A stretch of DNA of 64,000 bases from a bacterium (lineage in GTDB: Bacteria > Sumerlaeota > Sumerlaeia > SLMS01), in NCBI GenBank assembly GCA_016125005.1, contig WGMQ01000004.1, forward strand, positions 77,249 through 141,248. The letters are read 5' to 3'. A program made the translations under genes and the position numbers. A model generated the notes under the pieces. That model worked only from the letters and a program-made list of their open reading frames with translations. It was not told where the DNA came from and ran no database searches. Each line of letters starts with the position of its first letter. The stretch's first letter is position 1. Positions 28,621 to 38,646 of the stretch are shown piece after piece.

Positions 28621-29097
28621 ATGAAGAAAGTCTATTTGGCCGGTGCCATGGAGTTCGCCCATGATGGGGGCATCGGTTGGCGCCAGGAGTTCGCCGGGTG
28701 GCTGGCGGAACGCCTCGGTCATGGCGTCCTGGACCCGACCGTCTTCGAGCACGACCAGTTGTCGGACGAGGAACGGAACTCCATCAAGGGACTGAAGTCG
28801 CAGCGACGCTTCGACGAAGTGCGTCGGCTTGCTTCTCGCATCGTCCACTATGACGCGCGGTTGCTGCTTGAACAGAGCGACTACGTGGTGTGCCTCTGGA
28901 ACGAAGCGACGCAGCTCGGTTGCGGCACTGCGGGCGAGATCACCCTGGCCTGCTGGGCCGGGAAGCCGGTTCACCTGCTGCTCGACTATCCCGACGAGCG
29001 CGCCAGCACTTGGATGATCGGCTGCACAACGACCATCCACCACGACTGGGACGACCTGAAGCGCACCCTCATCCAACACTACGCGAGCACGCCATGA
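28621..29097 (+). CDS. Nucleoside 2-deoxyribosyltransferase-like protein
   Basis: KVYLAGAM, WR, SDYVV and GTAGE...A...GKPV. Confidence 0.75.
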   Translation: MKKVYLAGAMEFAHDGGIGWRQEFAGWLAERLGHGVLDPTVFEHDQLSDEERNSIKGLKSQRRFDEVRRLASRIVHYDARLLLEQSDYVVCLWNEATQLGCGTAGEITLACWAGKPVHLLLDYPDERASTWMIGCTTTIHHDWDDLKRTLIQHYASTP

Positions 29098-30029
29098 AGA
29101 TCCGTTTCCCACTTCCCGTTTCGCGCGACGCGCGTGTCGCGCTCCTTGCTCCCGCGAGTCCTCTGTCCAACGCCGGGGAGCTGCCTTCTGTCGTCGCAGC
29201 GGCCTCTTCCTTTGGATTCCGGGTGAAGGAGTTTCCCTCGCTGACCCGACGGCTGGATTACGTGGCCGGAACGGGAGTCCAGCGCGCAGCCGACCTGACG
29301 AAAGCCTTCACAGATCCGAAGCTCGAGGCCGTGTTCTGCCTCCGCGGTGGCTATGGTACTGCTCACACGCTCCCCCACTTGGACTTCAAGGCACTGGGCG
29401 CGACGCGGCGCATGTTCGCCGGGTACAGCGACCTGACGGCGCTGCTGAATCCGCTCGCCACGCTGGGGGGTCTTGTGGGCCTTCACGCGCCGACTATGAA
29501 CTTCTTCCAGCGCGATGATGAACCGACGCGCATCAGCCGCGCGATCTTCGAAAAGTTCCTCTTCGAGCCGATCGGGGCACTTTCCTACCGCGAGGCGGCC
29601 GGCGCTTCCTTCGTTCCGGTCACGATACGGAAGGGCGTCGCCGAAGGGCGTTTGCTTGGCGGCAACCTGTCGGTCTTTGCCTCGCTGATCGGCACGCCCT
29701 ACGAGCCCCGCGGCAAGGACATCGTGCTCTTCATCGAGGAGATCGGCGAGAAGGCCTACCGCCTGGATCGGATGCTGACCCAGGTGATCCAGTCCGGCTT
29801 CATGAATCGGGTGGTCGGCGTCGTGATCGGACACCTGACGGATTGCGGCCCCGCGGGGAATGACACCGACGACGCGCTGACCGTTGTGAAGCGGGTGCTG
29901 GATCCGCTCCGCATTCCCACCTTGGCGGGCTTCCCCGCGGGGCACGAGCGCCCCTCGTTCCCGCTCCCCATCGGTGCCACCGTGCGGCTTGATGCGACGC
30001 GCGGCGACCTTCACATCATCGGAGCCTGA
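29094..30029 (+). CDS. ldcA: LD-carboxypeptidase (peptidase S66)
   Basis: APAS, RGGYG, GYSDLT, GGNLS, LFIEEIGE and GH. ATGA overlap with the preceding gene. Confidence 0.9.
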   Translation: MKIRFPLPVSRDARVALLAPASPLSNAGELPSVVAAASSFGFRVKEFPSLTRRLDYVAGTGVQRAADLTKAFTDPKLEAVFCLRGGYGTAHTLPHLDFKALGATRRMFAGYSDLTALLNPLATLGGLVGLHAPTMNFFQRDDEPTRISRAIFEKFLFEPIGALSYREAAGASFVPVTIRKGVAEGRLLGGNLSVFASLIGTPYEPRGKDIVLFIEEIGEKAYRLDRMLTQVIQSGFMNRVVGVVIGHLTDCGPAGNDTDDALTVVKRVLDPLRIPTLAGFPAGHERPSFPLPIGATVRLDATRGDLHIIGA

Positions 30030-30034
30030 CCGCC

Positions 30035-30319
30035 ATGCCCGCCATGTCCGAACCCCGTATAGACAAGCTGGCCAAGGCAATGGCCCGCGTCATCCTCACG
30101 AAGGGCTATGCGAAGATGACCGCGGGGCCGGATGGCCTGGCGGACCTGATCGCCCGGGAGCTGAAGATTGATCAGCGCGTGGAGGCGGAAATCGAAGCGG
30201 AAGCGCACGCCCAGCTCGCGAAGAACAAGAGCCTCCCACCACGGGGCACGGGACAGTATCAAGCCGCGCTGACGCAGATGAAGCAGGCCATCGCTGTGCG
30301 GAAGGGCTATCCGCTCTAG
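30035..30319 (+). CDS. DUF507-like small protein
   Basis: Helical 94-aa ORF (MSEPRIDKLA...IEAEA...KQAIAVRKGYPL). Confidence 0.65.
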   Translation: MPAMSEPRIDKLAKAMARVILTKGYAKMTAGPDGLADLIARELKIDQRVEAEIEAEAHAQLAKNKSLPPRGTGQYQAALTQMKQAIAVRKGYPL

Positions 30320-31704
30320 GCGATCTCGCCCGCCTTCAGCTTTTCCATCTCCGCGCGGCTGACGAGCGGCAGGATTAGCTGCACGCAGAAGCCGTTTTCC
30401 AGCCCGCGCGTGAGGCGGAACTTGCCGCCGGACTTTTCCATGTAAAGTTGGAGCATCTGGAAAAGGATGCCGCCGCCGCGACGAAGGCGGGGGTGCTGGG
30501 TCGTGTTGAGCTGGGCGCGGACCAACAGGTTGCCGGGGTTGATTTCTCTCGCGTTCTGGCCGAGGTCCTCAATCTCGAGCGAGACGAATCCAGCCTCGAC
30601 GCGGTCGGGATTGTCGTCGGTGCGAACGATCAATTCGGTGCCCTCGGGGCAGAAGGAGACGCTGAACTTGATGATGCGCTCCACCATCTTGAGGATCGTT
30701 TCGCGATCGCCGGACAGGTAGATGTTGCGGGTGTTTTCCTCAAGGCGGAGGCGCACCTGCGCGGTCATGCACTCGTCTGTGGCCATGGTATAGATCGAAC
30801 GCACCAATTGCTGGAGGGAGAAGGCTCCGCGTCGTGGGCGAACCTCAGGGTGGGCGAGGCTGGCCATGTTGGCCAGGTTGCGCAGGATGCGCCTCATTTG
30901 CCGGGCGGTGGCGTAGGCCGAGGAGGCCAGCTCGTGGGAATGCTCCTGGCCTCGGGTCAATTCGCTCAGCTTCTCGGTGGCCGCCAAGTTCTGGTTCAGC
31001 AGGGTACGCAGCTCACCGGTCAGGTACTGGAGGAACGAGGCTTCGGAGAGGGTTTGCTCGCGGTTGGCGGTGGGTAATGGAGTCGGGGCGATCAACTGGC
31101 TGAGGTTCATGCGGCTTGCCTCGCCGGAGCTGTCGCGAACCACGCCCATCATGAGCTTGATTTCCTCGTCCTGACGGCGGGTCATTTCGCGGTGCTGGTA
31201 GAGTTCCAGGAGCGGGATGGCGTGGGCCCGGATGATGGGGAGCAGTTGGCCAATCTCATCAGGCTGGAGAAACTCGCTGACGGTGCCGTCGTGGATGACG
31301 AGGCCCATGACCAGCGAGGAATGGGGACCATCGAAGCAGATCGCCTCGTAGAAGGCGATCTCCCGGCGCTTGGGCGAGCCGGGAATCTCACACGCGACGG
31401 CGAGGGGGTACTCCTCCTTGATGATGCGAACGCCGGCGGGGCGGGGTCCGAGGAAGATGTCGACGGTCTGCTCGGTCAGGTACAGGTGAGGCGGGTGGTC
31501 GCCGAGTGGCTCCTTCTCGCCCGAGGCGGCGAGGAGTGCGTTCGGCATCCGGGGGACACGGCTGACCCCGAACAGATAGGCCTCGTGGTCCGGCTTGACG
31601 GATTGGAGCCCCTCGAGAAACGCGTGCGCCCATTTGTCGATCCGGTCGACTGCACCCGTCATCATGACGGTGCGGAGCAAGTCGGTGATCCACGAATTGT
31701 CCAT
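30316..31704 (-). CDS. Histidine kinase-like protein with degenerate H, N and G boxes
   Basis: FLQYLTGELRTLL (no His), MVERIIKFSVSF (no Asn), IEDLGQN, and GGGILFQML...MEKSGG. N-terminal GAF-like region. Confidence 0.75.
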   Translation of the reverse strand: MDNSWITDLLRTVMMTGAVDRIDKWAHAFLEGLQSVKPDHEAYLFGVSRVPRMPNALLAASGEKEPLGDHPPHLYLTEQTVDIFLGPRPAGVRIIKEEYPLAVACEIPGSPKRREIAFYEAICFDGPHSSLVMGLVIHDGTVSEFLQPDEIGQLLPIIRAHAIPLLELYQHREMTRRQDEEIKLMMGVVRDSSGEASRMNLSQLIAPTPLPTANREQTLSEASFLQYLTGELRTLLNQNLAATEKLSELTRGQEHSHELASSAYATARQMRRILRNLANMASLAHPEVRPRRGAFSLQQLVRSIYTMATDECMTAQVRLRLEENTRNIYLSGDRETILKMVERIIKFSVSFCPEGTELIVRTDDNPDRVEAGFVSLEIEDLGQNAREINPGNLLVRAQLNTTQHPRLRRGGGILFQMLQLYMEKSGGKFRLTRGLENGFCVQLILPLVSRAEMEKLKAGEIA

Positions 31705-31785
31705 TCGCCTGCTCAGCCCTCTCGGGAAATATGACTTTGCCAGCTTGATAGCGACTCGGTCGGTGACTCCAGCGTTTTCTTGTCC

Positions 31786-32826
31786 TCAGCGCCCGATCAA
31801 AGACAATCCGACCGCAATCCAGAGGGGCAGGATGAGAAGAGCCGAACTGTTGGTGACAAAAAGAATCGAGCTAACCGTCTCCCAGTCGCCGTCGTAACGC
31901 CTGGCCGCGAGCGCCAGATTGGTGGCCGGCGGGCTGGCAGCGCTCAGCATGAGGACAAACGGCAGCCAACCGTGGGCGGGGATCCAACCGGACCTCAGCA
32001 ACAGGTACGTGAAGGCGGGGATCAGGCCGAAGCGAATGACGAAAACCGGAACCAGGATCCTCCAATTGAGCGCCTGGCGCAGCTCGCACTGGGCGATGAG
32101 GGATCCGAGAATGATCATGGCCAGCGGCGGCATGGCCGCGCCGATGGTTTCCGCGGAGCCGACCAGCATCCGCAGCAGGAGAGGGGATTCGAGCTGATGG
32201 TTGGCGGCAGCGACGATGGGGGGGAACTGGGCAAGGATGGCACCGACCACAATCCCGACCACCGGGCCGTTCCAGGCGTACTTCAGGTACTGGCTCCAGT
32301 GACGCTTGGCTCCCTCGGCACTCCCGGCGGTGACCAGGACCGTCCCGAGAGTCCACTGAAGCGGGTTAATGCTGAGGACGCTGATTCCCACCAGCGCCGC
32401 CACGGCGTCCCGCTCCTCGATCGCGGCTCCGAGCGCGAGCGTCACCGCCAGAGCCACGGGATAGGGAACATAGAACGAGTTTGGTATCGCTGAGAGGGCC
32501 ATGGCCGCCGACCCCTGCGAGGGACGCGGTGTGCGAACAAATCGGAACCACACCCAGGCAAGCCCAACGCCGAGGAAGATCATCGCTGCGGGGTGAATCA
32601 GCACGGGCCAGTTCTCGGCCACCATCCCCAGATGGAACTTCTTCATCATGGAGACAGCGAGGGAGCAGGGCACCACCACATCGATGGTCAGGCGGGTCAG
32701 GCCGCTCATGATGTCGGACTTGAGCATGCCGCGCCGGGCCAGCACAAAGCCCAGGGCGGCGATGAGAAACAGCTTTCCAACCGCCTCGAAGGAGATGCTG
32801 AGCGATTGGGCGAAGGTAAGCTCCAT
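31786..32826 (-). CDS. AEC-family (auxin efflux carrier-like) transporter
   Basis: About 10 TM helices with the motifs IPNSFYVPYPV, PLAMIILG and SAASPPATN. Confidence 0.88.
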   Translation of the reverse strand: MELTFAQSLSISFEAVGKLFLIAALGFVLARRGMLKSDIMSGLTRLTIDVVVPCSLAVSMMKKFHLGMVAENWPVLIHPAAMIFLGVGLAWVWFRFVRTPRPSQGSAAMALSAIPNSFYVPYPVALAVTLALGAAIEERDAVAALVGISVLSINPLQWTLGTVLVTAGSAEGAKRHWSQYLKYAWNGPVVGIVVGAILAQFPPIVAAANHQLESPLLLRMLVGSAETIGAAMPPLAMIILGSLIAQCELRQALNWRILVPVFVIRFGLIPAFTYLLLRSGWIPAHGWLPFVLMLSAASPPATNLALAARRYDGDWETVSSILFVTNSSALLILPLWIAVGLSLIGR

Positions 32827-33082
32827 GACGACCTGCGTGGTGGGGATGGCATCCTGCGAGGGAGGGGAGGGTGGGTGGCAGGCGGCTCCGAACTCAAGCC
32901 TTATGGGCCCTTGAGGTCTGGTGCAGGGTCCAAGCGCCGTGCATCCAGCGGGTCACCGTCCACATCGGCCCCCTACCTGAGGGTTACCAAAACCCCTAGG
33001 GACAGCGGTGTTTTTGACGTTGCAGGCCCCCAATTGTCTCCGTAGCGTACGCTGACCCCAGCCTGTTGGAGCCACCATTGTC

Positions 33083-35989
33083 ATGAACAAGAGCATCTTC
33101 GTCGGTCTTTCGGTCCTTTTCTGGATTGCATTGGCGCTCGCTGTGCTCGCCTCGAAGGGCTCGATCGATGCGCAATGGGGGGGCGAGGACGACACCATGC
33201 TGATGGTCGTCTATGTGGTCATCGGGGCAGGGTTCCTTGGGGGGATTTTGGTCAACACGATGCTGGCCGACAAGTTGTTCGTTGCCTCGATTCTGGAGGG
33301 CGGGGTGGACAAAATCCCTCTGGCACAACGGCAGAAAATCGCCGAGAAGCAGGCGAAGGCTGCCTTGACGGCGGGGCGCCCCCGCGAGGCGATCGCGGCC
33401 TATGAGACCGCGGGACTGATCGACCAGGCTCTGGCGCTGGCGCAGGAAAAGGGAGAGCACGCGCAGGCTGCACGGTTGTTCCTGAAGGTCGGGCGAAAGG
33501 ATCATGCACGCAAGGCGGCCATCAGGGCGGGCGACCACTTGCTGGCGGGACACCTCTCGCTGGCTTTGAAGGACTTCAACATGGCCCGGGACGAGTATGC
33601 GCTCCATGTGGCAGGCCTGCCGGAGAGCTTCAAGCCGATTGAGCGGGCCAAGCTTCTGGATCGCGCCGGGCGGTATGGCGAGGCGGCGGCGATCTACTCC
33701 AGCCACGGTGACTTCATCCGCGCCGCCGATTCGTGGTTGTTGGCGCAGGCCCCCGAGCAGGCGGCAGCGGCACGCGAGAAGGCCAGCGTGCTCCTCGCCG
33801 TGGAGCGAGGACGGGAGAGCAATTCGTCCCAGAGCGTTCGCACCCGTTTGATCCGCGATGGAGACGTGGCGAAGGAGCAGGGCGATCTGTTTCATGCCGC
33901 ATGGTGCTATCGGGAGGCAGGATCGCCCCGAACCGCCGGAGAGGTTTTTGAAGGGATCGAGGAGTGGGTCCGTGCGGCCAGTTGCTACGAGCAGGCGGGC
34001 GAGAACGCCAAGGCCCAGCTCATGTGGGCAAAGGCGGAGGAGTCGCTCATCAAGGCGCCGCCGCCCCCGCCGATGACCGTTTCGATGACCCAGGACACCG
34101 GCCCGTTTCCCTCTTCGCAGCGGCCGGGTCAGCGCGCCGCCGTCGGGAGCGCCCAAGCCCCCCCGTCGGGTGCATCTTCATCTGGCGGCCCGCCGCCGCC
34201 CTTTGGCCCTCCGAGCGCGAACCCGCCCAAGTCCCCGTGGAAGCCGCTCGATCCCAAGACTGCGCCGCCCAGCGTGGTGGTCCCCAATTCCTACATGCAG
34301 GCCGCCAATCTGCGCCAGACTCCGCAGACCACCGAGGGGTGGCGCGATGTGGCAAAGACCCTGGCGCTTTCCGGTAACCTGAAGGGAGCCGCGGACGTCC
34401 ATCTCCAGTGCGGTGACCTGGGAGAGGCGGTGAGTTGCCTGGTCGATGCGGGCCAGCCGCGCGAAGCCGCCATGTTGGCGCTGGGCGGCGGCGACTACGC
34501 CAAGGCCGCCGAATTGCTGGTGGACCAGATCGATGCGGGTGTGCGTGGCGACATCGGAGAGTTGCTTGGCCAGATCCTCATCAACCTGAAGGAATTCGAA
34601 CTCGCCGACCAGTTGCTGCGCAAGCGGCTGGCACCGAAGATCAACCAGGAGTCCGCAGGGGTAGTCTTTCAGTTCGCCCGCATGTTCGAGGATGGCGGCG
34701 CGCTCATCCAGGCGGAGTGTCTATACGAGGACCTGGTCAAGTCCGGTGCCACGTCGGGCGAGTTGGAAGCATGTCTTCGTTCCGTGCGCAGGCGCCTCAG
34801 CTCCGAGGATGGAGCCTCCTCGCGCACCGGCACCCAGTCGGGCCTCCTGACCAGCCAGATTCGTCGCAAGCTCAACGCATGGGACTTTATCCAGGCCGCC
34901 ATTGCCGATTCGGACGACATGGTCCCGAAGCCGACGAGCGAGGCGGTGGAAAAGCCCACTGCCCCGACCATGAGACCCTACGCTTTTACGCCTCCCAAGC
35001 CCTCATCCACGACCATCGAGTTGCCCATGCGCGAGCTGCCAACCAGCGAGCTCACGGCAGCGCCCACCAAACAGACGAAGCCGCCGAAGCCGCGGCACCA
35101 AGTGACGATGCTGGGCTCCGCCTCCATCGGCGCCGAGAGAAAGACGGGGATGCCGGAGGACCCCTTCAATATCCCCGAACGCTATCGCCTCGACCGGGAG
35201 GTCGGACGTGGCGGCATGGGCATGGTCTACCAGGCGCACGACCTGTTGCTCGACCGTCCGGTTGGGCTCAAGGTGCTCCATTCCTTCGGATCGACCGGCG
35301 ATTCGCTTCGGCAGTTCATGCTGGAGGCGCGCGCAATCGCCCGCCTCAACCACCAGAACGTGGTGCGCGTCTTCGACATGGGCGTGATGGACCTCCAGCA
35401 CTACATCGCGATGGAGCTTGTCACGGGCGGCGACCTGCGCAGTCACATCACGAAGGCGGGCCGATTGTCGTGCCGCGACGCACTCAAGTACCTCGTCCAG
35501 ATTGCCGAAGGTCTTGGGGCCGCTCATCGCGCAGGCATCGTGCACCGCGACATCAAGCCGGGTAACGTGCTCCTGACCGACGACCTGAATGTACGCATCG
35601 TGGACTTTGGGCTGGCCAAGCTGGAAACCCCGGGCGACGGCGATGAGCCGACCATGTTCCGGTTCGCCGGAACCCCCGGTTTCATGGCCCCGGAGCAGAT
35701 TCGTGGCGAGTCGGCGGGACCTCCCGCCGACATCTATGCGCTGGGCATCACCCTATTTCAAATGCTGGTGGGATCGGCGCCGCACAGGGCCATGAAACTG
35801 ACCTCGGCCGAGCAGGCCGTGGAGATGACGATGGCTGGAAAGCTTCCTCCGCTCCCGGAGTTCTGCCCCGGAGTTCCACCCGCCATCGAGCAGCTCTATC
35901 GCTACTGTACGGCAACCGATGTGGCGGAGCGATTCCAGCAGGTGGACGACTTCCTCCCCAGCGCGCGCAAGTGGATGGAGGCGCTCTGA
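33083..35989 (+). CDS. Membrane Ser/Thr kinase: 2 TM helices, TPR/SNAP-like helical repeats, C-terminal kinase domain
   Basis: Repeated AAxxY/FxxAG units. GRGGMGMVY, VGLK, HRDIKPGN, DFG and GTPGFMAPE are intact. Confidence 0.92.
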   Translation: MNKSIFVGLSVLFWIALALAVLASKGSIDAQWGGEDDTMLMVVYVVIGAGFLGGILVNTMLADKLFVASILEGGVDKIPLAQRQKIAEKQAKAALTAGRPREAIAAYETAGLIDQALALAQEKGEHAQAARLFLKVGRKDHARKAAIRAGDHLLAGHLSLALKDFNMARDEYALHVAGLPESFKPIERAKLLDRAGRYGEAAAIYSSHGDFIRAADSWLLAQAPEQAAAAREKASVLLAVERGRESNSSQSVRTRLIRDGDVAKEQGDLFHAAWCYREAGSPRTAGEVFEGIEEWVRAASCYEQAGENAKAQLMWAKAEESLIKAPPPPPMTVSMTQDTGPFPSSQRPGQRAAVGSAQAPPSGASSSGGPPPPFGPPSANPPKSPWKPLDPKTAPPSVVVPNSYMQAANLRQTPQTTEGWRDVAKTLALSGNLKGAADVHLQCGDLGEAVSCLVDAGQPREAAMLALGGGDYAKAAELLVDQIDAGVRGDIGELLGQILINLKEFELADQLLRKRLAPKINQESAGVVFQFARMFEDGGALIQAECLYEDLVKSGATSGELEACLRSVRRRLSSEDGASSRTGTQSGLLTSQIRRKLNAWDFIQAAIADSDDMVPKPTSEAVEKPTAPTMRPYAFTPPKPSSTTIELPMRELPTSELTAAPTKQTKPPKPRHQVTMLGSASIGAERKTGMPEDPFNIPERYRLDREVGRGGMGMVYQAHDLLLDRPVGLKVLHSFGSTGDSLRQFMLEARAIARLNHQNVVRVFDMGVMDLQHYIAMELVTGGDLRSHITKAGRLSCRDALKYLVQIAEGLGAAHRAGIVHRDIKPGNVLLTDDLNVRIVDFGLAKLETPGDGDEPTMFRFAGTPGFMAPEQIRGESAGPPADIYALGITLFQMLVGSAPHRAMKLTSAEQAVEMTMAGKLPPLPEFCPGVPPAIEQLYRYCTATDVAERFQQVDDFLPSARKWMEAL

Positions 35990-36055
35990 CATCACCGATG
36001 TGGACCTTGAGGAAGTGGAAGCGCCCTGCATGTGATGGGCACCTCGGCCTTCAGA

Positions 36056-36281
36056 CGCCCGAAGGGCGGACCTCTTTCGATTAGCCCAGGGCAAGGCCTC
36101 AAGGCCGCAGCCCTGGGATCCGCGGCGTGCGGCGATTCGGCCCCGCAAGGGGTCGTCCTACATCCCGCCGGGCGAACAGGAGCACGCCTTCGGCGCGCGG
36201 TTCCCGATTCGACCGGTTCCCGGCGCTACGGCCTAGAGGCCTTGCGACCGGGCTAATGGTGAGAGGTTCGCCCTTCGGGCG
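36056..36281. repeat. Long imperfect inverted repeat (REPIN/MITE-like)
   Basis: Left arm cgcccgaagggcggacctctttcgattagcccagggcaaggcctcaaggccgcagccctggga. The reverse complement of the right arm is cgcccgaagggcgaacctctcaccattagcccggtcgcaaggcctctaggccgtagcgccggga. Confidence 0.8.
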
Positions 36282-36421
36282 CGAAAGTTGGTTTCTGTAC
36301 TCGGGGGACCGCAGTGGAGGAAAAGCGGGGGAAGCGTTTGCCAAACATATAGATTGATAGACATCTATACTTATATACGGCCCGCCGGGACTCCCCGACG
36401 GGCCGTGTGATTGTTGGGCCT

Positions 36422-38497
36422 CTACTTGGTCTCGTGCAACTCGCGATAGCGCTGCATCAGGTCGATCATCTCCGCCCGCTCCTCGCTGTGGGGGCCTCCC
36501 TTGGCCACATCGGCCAAGTCGATCATGCTCTGCATGTCCGCCACTCCCCGTTGCTCGCTCTCGCGGAGCGTCAGCGCGAAGTTCGCCACGGTTGCCGCCC
36601 AGATGAAGTCGTCGCTGCAAACCTCCAGCTTCGCGACGCGATCCTTCACGGGAACTTCCTGCAGGCGACTCACGTCTCCGTCCAGCGGCTTGTGGCGGAG
36701 CTTCACCGTGAGGAGCTCGTCGCTTCCGCTGCCGGTGGCGCGATTCTGGTACTTGAGCGGATCGACGGGGACCGGGTTCACGTCGCTGTCGAGCCCCACA
36801 GGAACAACCTCATAGAGCGCCGTCACCGCGTGCCCCGCGCCGATTTCACCGGCGTCCTTCTTGTCGTCGTTAAAGTCCTCGGCGGCGAGGAGCCGATTCT
36901 CGTACCCCACAAGGCGGTACGACGCGACGCGCTCGGGATTGAACTCGACCTGGATCTTCACATCGCGCGCCACCGTCATCAGCGTGCCGGCCGCGTTCGC
37001 CACCAACGCGCGGCGCGCTTCCTCCAGCGTGTCGATGTAGGCGTAGTTCCCGTTCCCCTTGTTGGTGATTTGCTCGAGCATTGCATCGTTGTAATTCCCC
37101 ATACCAAAGCCGAGCACGCTGAGGAAGACGCCCGACTTGGCCTGATCCTCGACGAGGCGAACCAGCCCGCCGTCGTTGCTCACGCCGACGTTGAAGTCGC
37201 CGTCCGTGCACAGGAAGACGCGGTTGATGCCCCCTTCGATGAAGTTCTCGCGCGCCGCATCGTAGGCCAGTTGGATTCCCGCGGCGCCGTTGGTGGATCC
37301 ACCTGCCTGCAACACGTCCAGCGCGGTCTTGATCTCGGCGTGATAGGAACCGGGCGTGGGCGGGAGCGCCATGCCGCTGGCGCCCGCATAGACAGCGATG
37401 GTGACGGTGTCGCGGGCATCAAGCTGATCGACCAGAAGCGCCAACGACTGCTTGAGCAGCGGCAGCTTGTTCTCGGCGTTCATGGAGCCGGAGACATCGA
37501 GGAGGAAGACGAGGTTCGCCGGTGGGCGTTGGTCGAGTGTCACGTCGCGCGCCTTCAGCCCGATGCGCACGAGACGATGCTCCACATCCCAGGGGCACTG
37601 GCCCACCTCGGTGGAGATGGAGAAGGGATCACTGCCGGTGGGTTCGGGGTAGTCGTACTTGAAGTAGTTGACCAGTTCCTCGGTGCGCACCGCGTCGGCG
37701 GGAGGGAGCTGGCCATTCATCAGGAACCGGCGGACGTTGGAGTAGGAAGCCGTGTCGACGTCGATGGAGAACGTGGAGAGGGGCTGGGCCTGGGGCGTGT
37801 GGAAGCGATTGTCGTCGAGCGCCTGATAGCGCTCCGAATCATTTGCCATCGGGTCGCCAGCTTCGGGCTTGATGCGCCAGACATCCCCAGAGGAAACGCT
37901 CGCGCCGGCGGCCATGGAGCTGTCGAAGTACATGTGGAGATTCTCCCCCTCGCGCGTGCGGGCTGGGGCGGAGGCTACGACATCGACCTTCGTCGCGACC
38001 GCGGCCTTCTTCTCGGTGGAGGCGAGCGGCGTGTTCGCTGCCGAGCGGCGGCTCTCAATAGCGGGGAGTGGTGACGAAGTGGATGGGGCCATTAGCCCGA
38101 GTTGGCGCGATGACCCGCTAGAGGGACTGGCAGCGCCACTCTGTACGACGGTAATATCGGCTGGCGTGGCCACGACGTTGGCTCCCGCCACGGGCTTGCG
38201 CTTCAACCACTCGGCAGCGCGCTCCTTCGAGGGGAAGTCGAAGGACGAGAGCACGAGCCACTTCCCCTGGGACTCGACGACGGCAATCAGGCGAAGGCCC
38301 TGCTTCTCGGCCAGCTTCTTCGCATGGGCTTCGGCGGCGTCCTTGGAGGAGAAGCTGCCGAAGAGGATGCGGTGCGGAGCCTTGGCTGGGACGTTGACAG
38401 AAGCGTCCTGTGCGATGGCGCGGATCGGCAGGTGAGCGGAGAGGCCGGTGGCGAGGGCGGTGATGGCGATGAATGCGAGTGAACTGCGAGTCTTCAT
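36422..38497 (-). CDS. Secreted YfbK-like VWA protein (vWF_A/VWA/DUF3520) with N-terminal SPOR-like domain
   Basis: Signal peptide. SPOR-like FGSFSSKDAAEA...FPSKERA. STFSIDVDTASY, DVSGSM MIDAS, TDGDFNVG and VGYENR. Confidence 0.9.
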   Translation of the reverse strand: MKTRSSLAFIAITALATGLSAHLPIRAIAQDASVNVPAKAPHRILFGSFSSKDAAEAHAKKLAEKQGLRLIAVVESQGKWLVLSSFDFPSKERAAEWLKRKPVAGANVVATPADITVVQSGAASPSSGSSRQLGLMAPSTSSPLPAIESRRSAANTPLASTEKKAAVATKVDVVASAPARTREGENLHMYFDSSMAAGASVSSGDVWRIKPEAGDPMANDSERYQALDDNRFHTPQAQPLSTFSIDVDTASYSNVRRFLMNGQLPPADAVRTEELVNYFKYDYPEPTGSDPFSISTEVGQCPWDVEHRLVRIGLKARDVTLDQRPPANLVFLLDVSGSMNAENKLPLLKQSLALLVDQLDARDTVTIAVYAGASGMALPPTPGSYHAEIKTALDVLQAGGSTNGAAGIQLAYDAARENFIEGGINRVFLCTDGDFNVGVSNDGGLVRLVEDQAKSGVFLSVLGFGMGNYNDAMLEQITNKGNGNYAYIDTLEEARRALVANAAGTLMTVARDVKIQVEFNPERVASYRLVGYENRLLAAEDFNDDKKDAGEIGAGHAVTALYEVVPVGLDSDVNPVPVDPLKYQNRATGSGSDELLTVKLRHKPLDGDVSRLQEVPVKDRVAKLEVCSDDFIWAATVANFALTLRESEQRGVADMQSMIDLADVAKGGPHSEERAEMIDLMQRYRELHETK

Positions 38498-38582
38498 CTG
38501 AGGGTCTCCTGCAGGTTGGTTGAAGCACCGTTCTGTCTGTCCGACACTGAGACCCTCCCCCGTGTTCCCGAGATTGTTGTAC

Positions 38583-38621
38583 AAAAGAAAATTCGCCGGA
38601 AGCGCAAGGCTCCCGGCGAAT
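38583..38621 (-). terminator. Intrinsic terminator after ilvN
   Basis: Minus strand attcgccgggagc-cttgc-gcttccggcgaat followed by TTTCTTTT. Confidence 0.75.
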
Positions 38622-38646
38622 GAGAATGAGGCTGGAGGATGTGGGG

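Noticed and set aside
36407-38074. 555-aa plus-strand ORF
   Set aside because: Antisense to the VWA gene.
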